NCBI GenBank assembly: GCA_045539625.1
Contig: JAZQFS010000016.1
Coordinates: forward strand, 2,971-66,970
Length of the DNA: 64,000 nucleotides
Reading direction: 5' to 3'
Source of the DNA: Eubacteriales bacterium
Lineage (GTDB): Bacteria > Bacillota > Clostridia > Oscillospirales > CAG-382
Below are positions 36,896-45,655 of the stretch, piece after piece. The translations under genes were made by a program, and so were the position numbers. Every line of letters begins with the position of its first letter. Within the stretch, counting starts at the first letter, position 1. The notes under the pieces are model-generated. The model made no database searches. It saw only the letters and a program-made list of their open reading frames with translations, and was not told where the DNA came from.

Positions 36896-39817
36896 ATGAA
36901 ACGTTTTGTGTTTGTGATATTAGTATTTGCTATGTGCGTAACAGGAATTTCTACGACAGTATTTGCTCAAAGAGATGTCTCGAGAGAAGAAGTTCTTGCT
37001 AGTGAACTGAAAGAACTAGGCCTTTTCAGGGGTGTTTCAGAAACGGACTTTGATTTAGACAGAGAGCCTACCAGAGTTGAAGCACTTGTTATGCTTATTA
37101 GAGTCCTTGGCAAAGAAAGTGATGTAACAAATGATACATGGAAGCATCCTTTTACGGATGTCCCCGGATGGGCAGATAATTATGTTGGCTATGCTTATTC
37201 TAAAGGATTGACCAACGGACAATCTGATACAGAGTTTGGCGTGGGAAGTGCTAATGCTACAACATATTTAACTTTTGTACTCCGTGCTCTCGGATATTCT
37301 GATACAAATGGGAGAGATTTTAGCTGGAATGATCCTTATACTCTTGCCAGAGAAACCGGAACACTTTCTACTGAAGTGAACATTGATGATTTTTGGCGTG
37401 CAGATGTTGTTACTGTTTCTCATGCGGCACTTTCGGCATACCTCAATGGCTCACAGCAGACACTTGCACAAAAATTGATTTCTGCAGGTGTTTTTACACA
37501 GAGTGAATTCGATAGTGTTTACAATAGAGGAGCAAATGTCACAAAACCCACTCAAAGCGGTGAATTGACTGCCGAAGAAATATTTGCAAAATGTTCTCCT
37601 GCTGTGTTCTATATTGAGCTTTACGATAAAAATTATGACACAATTGCTTCGGGAAGCGGTTTCTTCATAGATGACAAAGGTACTGCTGTTACAAATTATC
37701 ATGTAATTGAAGATGCGTATTCCGCATTAATTCAGTTGTCTGATACGCAAGCTGTCCACAAAGTTCTTGGTGTTTACGATTATAATGTTGAGGAAGATTG
37801 GGCGATTATAAAGACTAGTTGCTCGGGCAACAAATATCTTAATATAGGTGATACTTCTACAGTTGTCGGTGGTGCAAAGGTTTATGCAATAGGCAGTCCT
37901 CTCGGACTTCAGAATACCATTTCTGAAGGCATTGTATCAAATCCTGCCAGAGTAGACGGCGGAGTGACGTATATTCAGACAAATGCGGCGATTTCGAGCG
38001 GAAGCAGCGGAGGTGCTCTCCTTAATAAGTACGGAGAAGTTGTTGGTATTACGTCTGCCGGTTATACAGAAGGTCAGAATCTTAATCTTGCATTGCCAAT
38101 GACATATCTTGAAGGTTATAAATTAAATCAAGTTACTGCTCTTAGCACATTATTTCCGGAAACATCCCAAAGCACTCAGAACCAACAGCAAAATGAAGCT
38201 GGAGGCAGCCGAAAAGAAATGGCATATTCACTTCTCAAAGGTTTTGTGATGCAAAACTATGATGAATATGATGATGATCTTGGGTGGTATATATACACAG
38301 AAAAATATGAAAAAGAAGATGGTTCAGGTTACGATTCTCTCGAGTTGTGCTACGACAAAGAAGATAACTATCTTATGATGTGCGTGAAAGATCTTTATTA
38401 TTCATCACATTCGTATTATTATGTCTTTGATATAACTTTGGATTATTCTCAAAGCATAGGTTTGTATTATTTTGATGCATATACTAACAATGCTGGTTTT
38501 GTGGAATATTCAAGCGGAGAAGCGTATGTGGATATTGCAGAATTCAGTCAAAGTTATAATTATGAGTTTGATGAATATGAAGGTAACAGCCAAGATAAAG
38601 AAGAACTTATTGCGGCTATTATGCATAATGACGGTTTAAATTTTATAAACTATCTTTTCTATACATATTTGAATGATTTTGGGTATTACAGCACAGAAGA
38701 TTTGGGATATACTTCGTATCGAAAATTTACCAGAGGAAGTTCGGCAAACACGGGTGAATCACAAAACGCACAATCTTCAACAACAGAAAGTGTTACGTAT
38801 AGATTAAACACTCAAAGCGTAACTGTTGATGCAGGAAAAACGACAAATGTTGAATTGAAATATTCATCTGTTGGTATACCCGGAAATATCAAAATGATTT
38901 TAACTTCAGCAGATGAAAGTGTTGCAACTGCAAAATGGGCAAACGATAATGCTTCATCGTCGCCGATGGATATTATTATTACTGCTGTTGCTTCCGGAAC
39001 TACTACTATAACGGTATCAAACAGATATACAAATGATGTCGCAGTAATTAATGTGACAGTAAATCCTAAGAATAAGAGTCAGCCTACTCCAGAGATTTCC
39101 TATTCTTTGAGTTCAACCAACGTAATGTTGAATGTTGGAAAATCCGAAATAATATATTTGGATTATGATTGTTCAAATTTTCCTGATGATTTTGACGTTT
39201 TTCTTGCTGTAGAAGATGAAAGCATAGCTGTTGCGAATTGGACAGACGGTGATGAGTTGCCTTGGGGAATAAAAATAAAAGGTGTTTCTAAAGGAACAAC
39301 TCAATTTAAAATATCCAACAGTTTTAACAATCAATATATAAAGGGAACAATCGTTGTTAGTTCATCCACAGGCAGTTCATCGGGCAGTTCATCGGGCAGT
39401 TCATCGGGCGGTTCAACAGGTGGTTCTTATTACGGGCCTTCCGGAAACACTTCTATTAGCAGTGTAGACACTATGTATGCTAAATTTGCAACTGCAAAAT
39501 TTCCACTGAAACTTTATTCCAATGATGGGAAAACATTTTTGGGAAAACTGACAACTAACAAATATGATATTGATAGTATTTCAAATGAATATGGTTCATA
39601 TGGAAGCAAATATTCGTCAACAAGTATTTTCAATGAATATGGAACGTACGGAAGTAAGTATAATTCAAACAGTGCATTTAACGAATATGCTTCCTACCCT
39701 CCGATAATCGTAGATAGCAATGGTAACTTTATAGCTTACCTTACTGCCAATACTTATAAGATCAATGGAATAACATTCTACAAATTAATGGCATATCTTG
39801 AACAATTTAATCAGTAA
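36896..39817 (+). CDS. secreted SLH-like / trypsin-like (S1, HtrA/DegP-type) serine protease with Ig-like (Big_2-like) domains and a C-terminal NEYG.YGSKY repeat domain
   Basis: Signal peptide MKRFVFVILVFAMCVTGISTTVFA. SLH-like FTDVPGWADNYVGYAYSKGL. Protease motifs TNYHVIED (His), DWAIIK (Asp), GSSGGALLN (Ser). RBS GGAGG lies before the ATG at 36896. Confidence 0.75.
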   Translation: MKRFVFVILVFAMCVTGISTTVFAQRDVSREEVLASELKELGLFRGVSETDFDLDREPTRVEALVMLIRVLGKESDVTNDTWKHPFTDVPGWADNYVGYAYSKGLTNGQSDTEFGVGSANATTYLTFVLRALGYSDTNGRDFSWNDPYTLARETGTLSTEVNIDDFWRADVVTVSHAALSAYLNGSQQTLAQKLISAGVFTQSEFDSVYNRGANVTKPTQSGELTAEEIFAKCSPAVFYIELYDKNYDTIASGSGFFIDDKGTAVTNYHVIEDAYSALIQLSDTQAVHKVLGVYDYNVEEDWAIIKTSCSGNKYLNIGDTSTVVGGAKVYAIGSPLGLQNTISEGIVSNPARVDGGVTYIQTNAAISSGSSGGALLNKYGEVVGITSAGYTEGQNLNLALPMTYLEGYKLNQVTALSTLFPETSQSTQNQQQNEAGGSRKEMAYSLLKGFVMQNYDEYDDDLGWYIYTEKYEKEDGSGYDSLELCYDKEDNYLMMCVKDLYYSSHSYYYVFDITLDYSQSIGLYYFDAYTNNAGFVEYSSGEAYVDIAEFSQSYNYEFDEYEGNSQDKEELIAAIMHNDGLNFINYLFYTYLNDFGYYSTEDLGYTSYRKFTRGSSANTGESQNAQSSTTESVTYRLNTQSVTVDAGKTTNVELKYSSVGIPGNIKMILTSADESVATAKWANDNASSSPMDIIITAVASGTTTITVSNRYTNDVAVINVTVNPKNKSQPTPEISYSLSSTNVMLNVGKSEIIYLDYDCSNFPDDFDVFLAVEDESIAVANWTDGDELPWGIKIKGVSKGTTQFKISNSFNNQYIKGTIVVSSSTGSSSGSSSGSSSGGSTGGSYYGPSGNTSISSVDTMYAKFATAKFPLKLYSNDGKTFLGKLTTNKYDIDSISNEYGSYGSKYSSTSIFNEYGTYGSKYNSNSAFNEYASYPPIIVDSNGNFIAYLTANTYKINGITFYKLMAYLEQFNQ

Positions 39818-39823
39818 AAACTG

Positions 39824-39861
39824 AAAGGAAACAAGTTAAATGCTTGTTTCCTTTGTCTTTT
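39824..39861 (+). terminator. intrinsic terminator
   Basis: AAAGGAAACAAG TTAAATG CTTGTTTCCTTT followed by GTCTTTTA. Confidence 0.8.
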
Positions 39862-40008
39862 ATTAACTACCCGTCCCAAACTCCTTTCCCAAACTTTCCA
39901 AATCCCTGCAAATTCCCTAAATCCAACAAGAACACACCCCCCACAAAGCCTTCAAATCTTGACCAAGTGGGGTATTCCTATAAAATAAACATGGACGTGA
40001 AAACGCCG

Positions 40009-41610
40009 CTAAAAGCAATGAGCCCGACTGCTCCAGATTATGGCAGTCGGGCGGTGCTGTATTCGGGCACAAAAACAGGGTTTAAATCCGAGATTAGGTC
40101 TCGGATTTGCCGCGGCACTTTGCCGCTGGTGGCTCAACATACCGGGCAGTCGAACACCCTGCTGTAATCCGGCGTCAATCTCCATAAGTGTAATTGTTCG
40201 GTTATCACCTGAATAGTTAAATGTTAATACGACCTTATCGTCATACACAAACACAGAATTTATGAAGGTCCTTATCAATCGTTTTTGACATTCTAAATCA
40301 GTGTAATCCATATTGGCAAACTGATGCAGGAAATAAATTATATGCTCTTTTGTAAGCCCTAAGTTTTCCTTTAATTTTGCCGATGCAAGTGCCGCCTTGA
40401 TCTCATTCTTTTGTTCATCAAGCTCGTCCATTCTCTGCTTTGTGGCATCGTTGAAAATGCCTTGCTCTATAGCTCTAACCAAATTGGAAATGGCTTTTTC
40501 TACTTCAGCCAAGCTCTTTTGCAGAGAATCTGTATATGAGGTGTCGGTATTCTGTGCTATGTAATACTGATATGTATTTTCTGCTATAAACTCTAATAGT
40601 TCTTCGTCCTGGACAAGTTTAATCACATATTCAAGCACAAGATTCTCTATCCATATCTGCCGAACCGGCTTTTTGTTACACAGTTTCTTACGTTGATTGT
40701 GACAGTAATAATAGTGATGGCGGTTTCCAGTTCTGCTTGTTCCGCACACCCCTACCATCATAGCACCGCATTTGCCGCAGAAAAGTTTTTCGGTTAGCAG
40801 ATATTCGACTTTAGAGTTCTTATGTGCCGCCGCTTTCTGATTGTATTTCAGCATTTCCTGAACCTTGTAAAAGGTTTCTTTATCTACAATGGGAGGAATG
40901 GCATTTTCCAAACGAACTTCATCTTTGTAAGTATATATGCCGATATATTTCTCGTTCTTCAATATTGTCCGCAGACTATTGTGCGTAAAAGGCTTTCCTT
41001 TTAATGTTCTGCAGCCTTGTTCGTTTAGCTTCTGCACAATTTCAGATATGGTTTTGCCTTTCGCATAAAGGTCAAAAACAAGTTTGACAGTTGGTGCGTT
41101 ATCGGGATCTATAATGAATTTCTTATCAGGACCGGTAAGATACCCTAAAGGTCTGTTGCCACCCGTGCTTTGTGCCTTTGCTGCACTTGCTCTTTGACCT
41201 CTCTTGATGTTTTGCGATAACTGCTCGGAGTAATAAGCCGCCATTCCTTCAATAACAGATTCAAGGATAATACCTTCGGGTGTATCGGGTATCATCTCGG
41301 CAACATAATAGATTTTAATGCCGTTTTTCTTGAGGTGATATTTGTTAAGTGCAATCTCTTCCTTGTTTCGCCCAATACGGTCTGTTTTCCAAACTATAAG
41401 TGCATCAAATTTATGCTTTGCCGCATCTGAAAGCATCAACTGAAACTGTTCTCGGTTATCGTTTCGCCCTGTCTGTGCCCTGTCAGCATACACGTGTATA
41501 ATTGTAAGTCCGTGTTCTGCCGCAAAGCGTTCAGCTTCGGCAACCTGACCTTCTATTGATTGCTCACCTTGTCTATGGCTCGAAAAACGGGCATAAACAA
41601 CAGCGTTCAT
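40009..41610 (-). CDS. large serine recombinase (integrase)
   Basis: N-terminal resolvase catalytic domain (AVVYARFSSHRQGEQSIEGQ, LIVWKTDRIGRN), recombinase domain, Zn-ribbon (CGKCGAMM...HHYYYC) and coiled-coil. The last ~42 codons run into the attL/terminator repeat. Confidence 0.88.
   Translation of the reverse strand: MNAVVYARFSSHRQGEQSIEGQVAEAERFAAEHGLTIIHVYADRAQTGRNDNREQFQLMLSDAAKHKFDALIVWKTDRIGRNKEEIALNKYHLKKNGIKIYYVAEMIPDTPEGIILESVIEGMAAYYSEQLSQNIKRGQRASAAKAQSTGGNRPLGYLTGPDKKFIIDPDNAPTVKLVFDLYAKGKTISEIVQKLNEQGCRTLKGKPFTHNSLRTILKNEKYIGIYTYKDEVRLENAIPPIVDKETFYKVQEMLKYNQKAAAHKNSKVEYLLTEKLFCGKCGAMMVGVCGTSRTGNRHHYYYCHNQRKKLCNKKPVRQIWIENLVLEYVIKLVQDEELLEFIAENTYQYYIAQNTDTSYTDSLQKSLAEVEKAISNLVRAIEQGIFNDATKQRMDELDEQKNEIKAALASAKLKENLGLTKEHIIYFLHQFANMDYTDLECQKRLIRTFINSVFVYDDKVVLTFNYSGDNRTITLMEIDAGLQQGVRLPGMLSHQRQSAAANPRPNLGFKPCFCARIQHRPTAIIWSSRAHCF
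40084..40132. repeat. attL of the serine-recombinase element (copy of the ssrA terminator plus CCACCA, junction J2)
   Basis: 49-bp copy of 36616-36664. Identity to the ssrA end stops after TGGTGG, and the element sequence (CTCAACATACC...) begins at 40133. Confidence 0.65.
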
Positions 41611-41685
41611 TACTTCACCTCCTATCGTTTTTGAGATAAATATTTTCTATAATACGAACTCGTTCTTATTAATATTGATATCATT

Positions 41686-44556
41686 CTATTTTTCAGAGAA
41701 CAATTTAGAAAATAATTCATCTATTTCTTCATATATCAGCTTATGAAAAACTTCCTTTTCAAAAAATCTAAATATTACAGAACTTCCTCTACTTATAATA
41801 TCTTTTTCGTTTTTTCCTAGTTTTAAAAGATTGTTTTTATAAAAATCATCTAATTCTCTAAATATATGTATTGGCTCTAAGGAAAATTCTATTATTGGTT
41901 TCGTCAGGCAAGATTCTTTATTAGCAATTTCTATATATTCATAACCACTGTTTTTACCATTACGATATACAATTGCTATGGTTTGAGTGTTTTTATACAC
42001 AGAAGACAGTATAGGAATGTACTCATGAGATATTTCATAAACTGCTTTTTTTACTAATTCTACTATCCTTTTTACTTTTTTTAATAGCTGTTCGTCCGAG
42101 TATACCGAATCAACATAATAACATCTTTCGGATGGAGTCATATCTTCCTTAATGTCTAGAAAGTTTTCTACTACTATTTTTTTGCTTATTAACAAGTTAC
42201 ATAACGCTTCTATTAAAGATGCATTTTTCACTTTATTGGTTGTATCACAAACATATGAAATAATACTTTCCACATCATTTTCATATAAACTCAACCTTTT
42301 ATTTCCGATCCTTATATCTTTTAATAAATTTTGCACCTTTTCAACTAATAAGACATCTATTTCGGTGTCGAATACTGTTTTGTTGCTTAAAGCTTCTTTC
42401 ATCTGTGTCTTAATTAAATCTATGGCTATCTCCCTGGAAGAGTCAAACCCATATGAAAGAAGTTCGAGATTATAATATCGTTGATGAATACCTCTGGATG
42501 AAAAAACAGAAGAGAAAATTGGAGAACTAAATCCATCTTTTGAAATAATCATAGGGGCATTACCTGTGGAAATTGTTGCTTCAATTTGGGTGCTTTCATC
42601 ACTACCATTGTATATAACCATTGATATTGAACCATCAACGAAATTTATAGTTCCTTTAATACAAGCTTTGCCGATATCCAGCAATGTATACCCATCGAAT
42701 GAATGTTTTATATTGTAAAAATACTTTTCAACTATATTAGTATAACTTTTTAAAATCTGTTCAAAGTATGCCTCTGCATACTCACTGTTTAAATCTTCTT
42801 CAACAGTAGTAAAGTTCCTTCTTGACTTTGTAGCCTTTATGTATAATTTTAAATTGTAATTCTCAAGATAATCTAAAACGATATTTTGTTTTTTTTGATT
42901 AGATATTATACCGGTTAAATAACAGATTATCTCGTAGTATTTTTCTTTGTTTATTACTTTATCCAACCACCCACATATATCCTCGGGATTCATTTTGGAA
43001 ACATACAGGGCTACAAAAAATTCCTGTATGGCTTTATGGAAAAATTTAATTCCTTGAGCCCCTTTGCATATTATGCCTGTTTCCCATATTATCTCGTATA
43101 TTTTTTCTGCTTTGCCAGATTCACAGAATTCGCTTAATGTTTCGAAAAATAAATCTGTACTATCTTCTTCATCATAAGTGAGTACTGCATATTTTGAAAG
43201 AGTTTGTTTAATTATGCTTTCTTCGTATAATGAACAAGACATGTTTTTAATTTTCTCATCTATATACATTTCGAATAACGACGAATGATTTGATGGGATT
43301 TTATACGTGCTGCTTTTTAAGACAAGCGATATGAACAACTTAAAAAACAGTGGCGTTCTTATTAATTCCAACAATCTGGTTGGTATATGATGAATGTTAA
43401 ATGGTATCATATCATTTGAGTACAGTTTAAGCAACTCTTGTAGCTTTTCATCTGACAATTTTTCAAGTGTATACTTGGTAAAATCGATACATAAGTCGTC
43501 CTTGTAATTCTGTTCTCTTGATGTAACCACAATAATATTTGAGGTATATCGTCTTAACTGATGCAATTCATATAGCAATTCATCATAATTGTGTTTTACC
43601 TCATCTAAAGCATCAAAAAGTATTATGAATCCGCCCTCATTGATTCTCTTTTCTACATATTCCTTTGTTGCAAATGGGAGGATAACACCTAGTTCTTTAA
43701 GAACACCTTCAACTATTGACTTATATACTTTCCCAAAATATCTCCCCTCTAAAACAACGGGAATTTTATCGTCTGACTCGTTATATTTTAGCAAATAATC
43801 TCTTAACATCATATAAATCAGATGTGTTTTTCCACCGCCGGGTTCAGAAACAATGATTTTGCTAGTATTATCTATAATATCCGTATAGTTTTGAACTTCA
43901 GTATCTATTCGAAGATTTGGAGAGTATAAAGTTTTTTCAAGAGTTCTATCTACGCTTACATACAATTCTTCTGTGCATTTTGTACGCATTACATTTTTGT
44001 AAGGTTCGTATATGCCTACCTTGTTCCATGTATCTTTATATTCCGAAGAGTTTTTGATTTTTAATATGTTTTGGTAGTTTAATCTATTAATTTCATCCCA
44101 CTTCGCAGGAATTTCACTAACCAAACATGAAAAAACACATGTGTCAGAATAGTTTGCATTAACTATATACCCCTCAATATTAACCCCATTAGATATCATA
44201 TATGCAACAGATTTTGTCCATGCTGAATAAAATACAGGTTGACCTTTAACTAATAATTTTTGCGTTGGTTTCTTCGCTTCAAAAACAAGCAAAATATGAT
44301 TATATACCCATTCCAAATTACTTGGTTTATTTTCCCTATTTTCTGCAAATTCGTTTGATGTGAATTGTAAGAAATCCGCGGCTTTCGCAGTTAATGGTTT
44401 CCCACCCTCGTAACCATATACAGGAAATTCTTCTGCTCGTAGTTCTATAGGATAACACAGTAATTCAAGTAAGGGCACTATTAGTTTACTTCTTACTTCT
44501 GCCTCGGATTGTATATTCTGTTTTAAAAAACATTCTATTAGTTCAGATACATTCAT
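41686..44556 (-). CDS. STAND (NACHT-like) NTPase with an N-terminal HsdR-N/Mrr-type PD-(D/E)xK nuclease domain; antiviral-STAND (Avs)-like
   Basis: N-terminus SEAEVRSKLIVPLLELL...AADFLQF...LLVFEAKKP (D...ExK). Walker A VSEPGGGKTHL, Walker B FIILFDALDEV. About 550-aa helical C-terminal region. About 30% GC by eye. Confidence 0.65.
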   Translation of the reverse strand: MNVSELIECFLKQNIQSEAEVRSKLIVPLLELLCYPIELRAEEFPVYGYEGGKPLTAKAADFLQFTSNEFAENRENKPSNLEWVYNHILLVFEAKKPTQKLLVKGQPVFYSAWTKSVAYMISNGVNIEGYIVNANYSDTCVFSCLVSEIPAKWDEINRLNYQNILKIKNSSEYKDTWNKVGIYEPYKNVMRTKCTEELYVSVDRTLEKTLYSPNLRIDTEVQNYTDIIDNTSKIIVSEPGGGKTHLIYMMLRDYLLKYNESDDKIPVVLEGRYFGKVYKSIVEGVLKELGVILPFATKEYVEKRINEGGFIILFDALDEVKHNYDELLYELHQLRRYTSNIIVVTSREQNYKDDLCIDFTKYTLEKLSDEKLQELLKLYSNDMIPFNIHHIPTRLLELIRTPLFFKLFISLVLKSSTYKIPSNHSSLFEMYIDEKIKNMSCSLYEESIIKQTLSKYAVLTYDEEDSTDLFFETLSEFCESGKAEKIYEIIWETGIICKGAQGIKFFHKAIQEFFVALYVSKMNPEDICGWLDKVINKEKYYEIICYLTGIISNQKKQNIVLDYLENYNLKLYIKATKSRRNFTTVEEDLNSEYAEAYFEQILKSYTNIVEKYFYNIKHSFDGYTLLDIGKACIKGTINFVDGSISMVIYNGSDESTQIEATISTGNAPMIISKDGFSSPIFSSVFSSRGIHQRYYNLELLSYGFDSSREIAIDLIKTQMKEALSNKTVFDTEIDVLLVEKVQNLLKDIRIGNKRLSLYENDVESIISYVCDTTNKVKNASLIEALCNLLISKKIVVENFLDIKEDMTPSERCYYVDSVYSDEQLLKKVKRIVELVKKAVYEISHEYIPILSSVYKNTQTIAIVYRNGKNSGYEYIEIANKESCLTKPIIEFSLEPIHIFRELDDFYKNNLLKLGKNEKDIISRGSSVIFRFFEKEVFHKLIYEEIDELFSKLFSEK

Positions 44557-44564
44557 TTATATAA

Positions 44565-45188
44565 TTACTCCTTGAATCTGTCTTTGCTATTACTATCACA
44601 TGTCTTTTTCAACACAGCCACCAAAACCTTATGATCATACACTGACTGTATTGAAGCTGACAATAATTCTTCTTTATCAACATTGCCCCAATTTACATCA
44701 TACCCCATTCGTTTTGCCATAAGACGAATAAATTCACGAATGGGACGTCCGTTACCTTCTCTGAATGGATGAATTATGTTGAGTTCCGCCATAACATATG
44801 CAAGATTATCAAAAACCTTTTCTTCATTTGATTCTCTTAACATATTCTTTTCTTTTATCTTTGCAAACACTTTATCAAGCTCTCTGTCAATCAAGTTCGG
44901 AGGATAGAACATTGTATCAGCTTTACTGATTTGTTCTCGTCTGAGTTTTCCCGCAAACGAGTAAATATCTTCAAATATAAACTTGTGTATATTCATAAGA
45001 TGGGCTTTTGTAAAATTACCCTTGATGGGATTTTTCAAAAGCTCCATTTGTTTAATTAAGGTTATTTCTTCCTCAGCCGTTTTTAAAATACTGTTATCTG
45101 TTATGTTCAGCTTGTTTTTCAACACATTGCTGTTTGGATAACAATAAATAGATTGTGTAGTGGTATATACTTCGTATTTTGAAAACAT
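44565..45188 (-). CDS. Fic-domain protein (class I FicT/VbhT-like toxin)
   Basis: Canonical Fic motif HPFREGNGRPIREF. 207 aa. Located 2 nt downstream of the VbhA-like gene. Confidence 0.85.
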   Translation of the reverse strand: MFSKYEVYTTTQSIYCYPNSNVLKNKLNITDNSILKTAEEEITLIKQMELLKNPIKGNFTKAHLMNIHKFIFEDIYSFAGKLRREQISKADTMFYPPNLIDRELDKVFAKIKEKNMLRESNEEKVFDNLAYVMAELNIIHPFREGNGRPIREFIRLMAKRMGYDVNWGNVDKEELLSASIQSVYDHKVLVAVLKKTCDSNSKDRFKE

Positions 45189-45190
45189 AA

Positions 45191-45562
45191 TTATACCCTC
45201 TGCATATATTTTCGTTTAAGCTCTTCAATCATTTGGGTATAGCTAATTTTACCGCTGTCAATTCTTTTCAGGTTTTCTATCCCGCTTTTACTTACTTTCA
45301 TACCTTCTACCGCAAAAGTACCTTTAAGGTTTTTCAAATTACTTTCAAAATTGTTGGATTCCATAACAGTTTTATTTCTCCAATCTGTATATTTACCGGA
45401 CTTGATTCTGGCATCAGCAGGCTTTTGTGCATTTTTAGGCAAAAGCCATGCACCGGCAATTTTTGTTGCACCTTCAATTCTGCCTTCGTTGCATAATACG
45501 GTAATTCTTCTGATAGAAATACCCCACATCAAGCTTGCTTCTTTTATTGTTAGTATATCCAC
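45191..45562 (-). CDS. HTH (MerR/excisionase-type) fused to a VbhA-like Fic antitoxin domain
   Basis: HTH LTIKEASLMWGISIRRITVLCNEGRIEGA. C-terminal inhibitory motif TFAVEG, matching (S/T)xxxE(G/N). The GTG start at 45562 is preceded by AAAGAGGTG. The longer ORF-track start would include the promoter. Confidence 0.7.
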   Translation of the reverse strand: MDILTIKEASLMWGISIRRITVLCNEGRIEGATKIAGAWLLPKNAQKPADARIKSGKYTDWRNKTVMESNNFESNLKNLKGTFAVEGMKVSKSGIENLKRIDSGKISYTQMIEELKRKYMQRV

Positions 45563-45584
45563 AATGGCACCTCTTTTTGCTAAT

Positions 45585-45613
45585 ATTATATACCACATTT
45601 GGAACAATGTCAA
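45585..45613 (-). promoter_or_regulatory. consensus promoter of the VbhA-Fic-(STAND) operon
   Basis: Minus strand: TTGACA, 17-nt spacer, TATAAT. Confidence 0.65.
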
Positions 45614-45655
45614 TGTTTATAATTTTCCAAAGTGTAAAAATTAGTGCAAGTTACA

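Noticed and set aside
36690-39950. Purine-rich tract (36690-36830) and pyrimidine-rich tract (39870-39950) as terminal inverted repeats of the protease segment
   Set aside because: They share composition in inverted orientation, but I could not align them beyond short G/T runs (for example GGGGTGTGTG). This is not convincing without a computed alignment.
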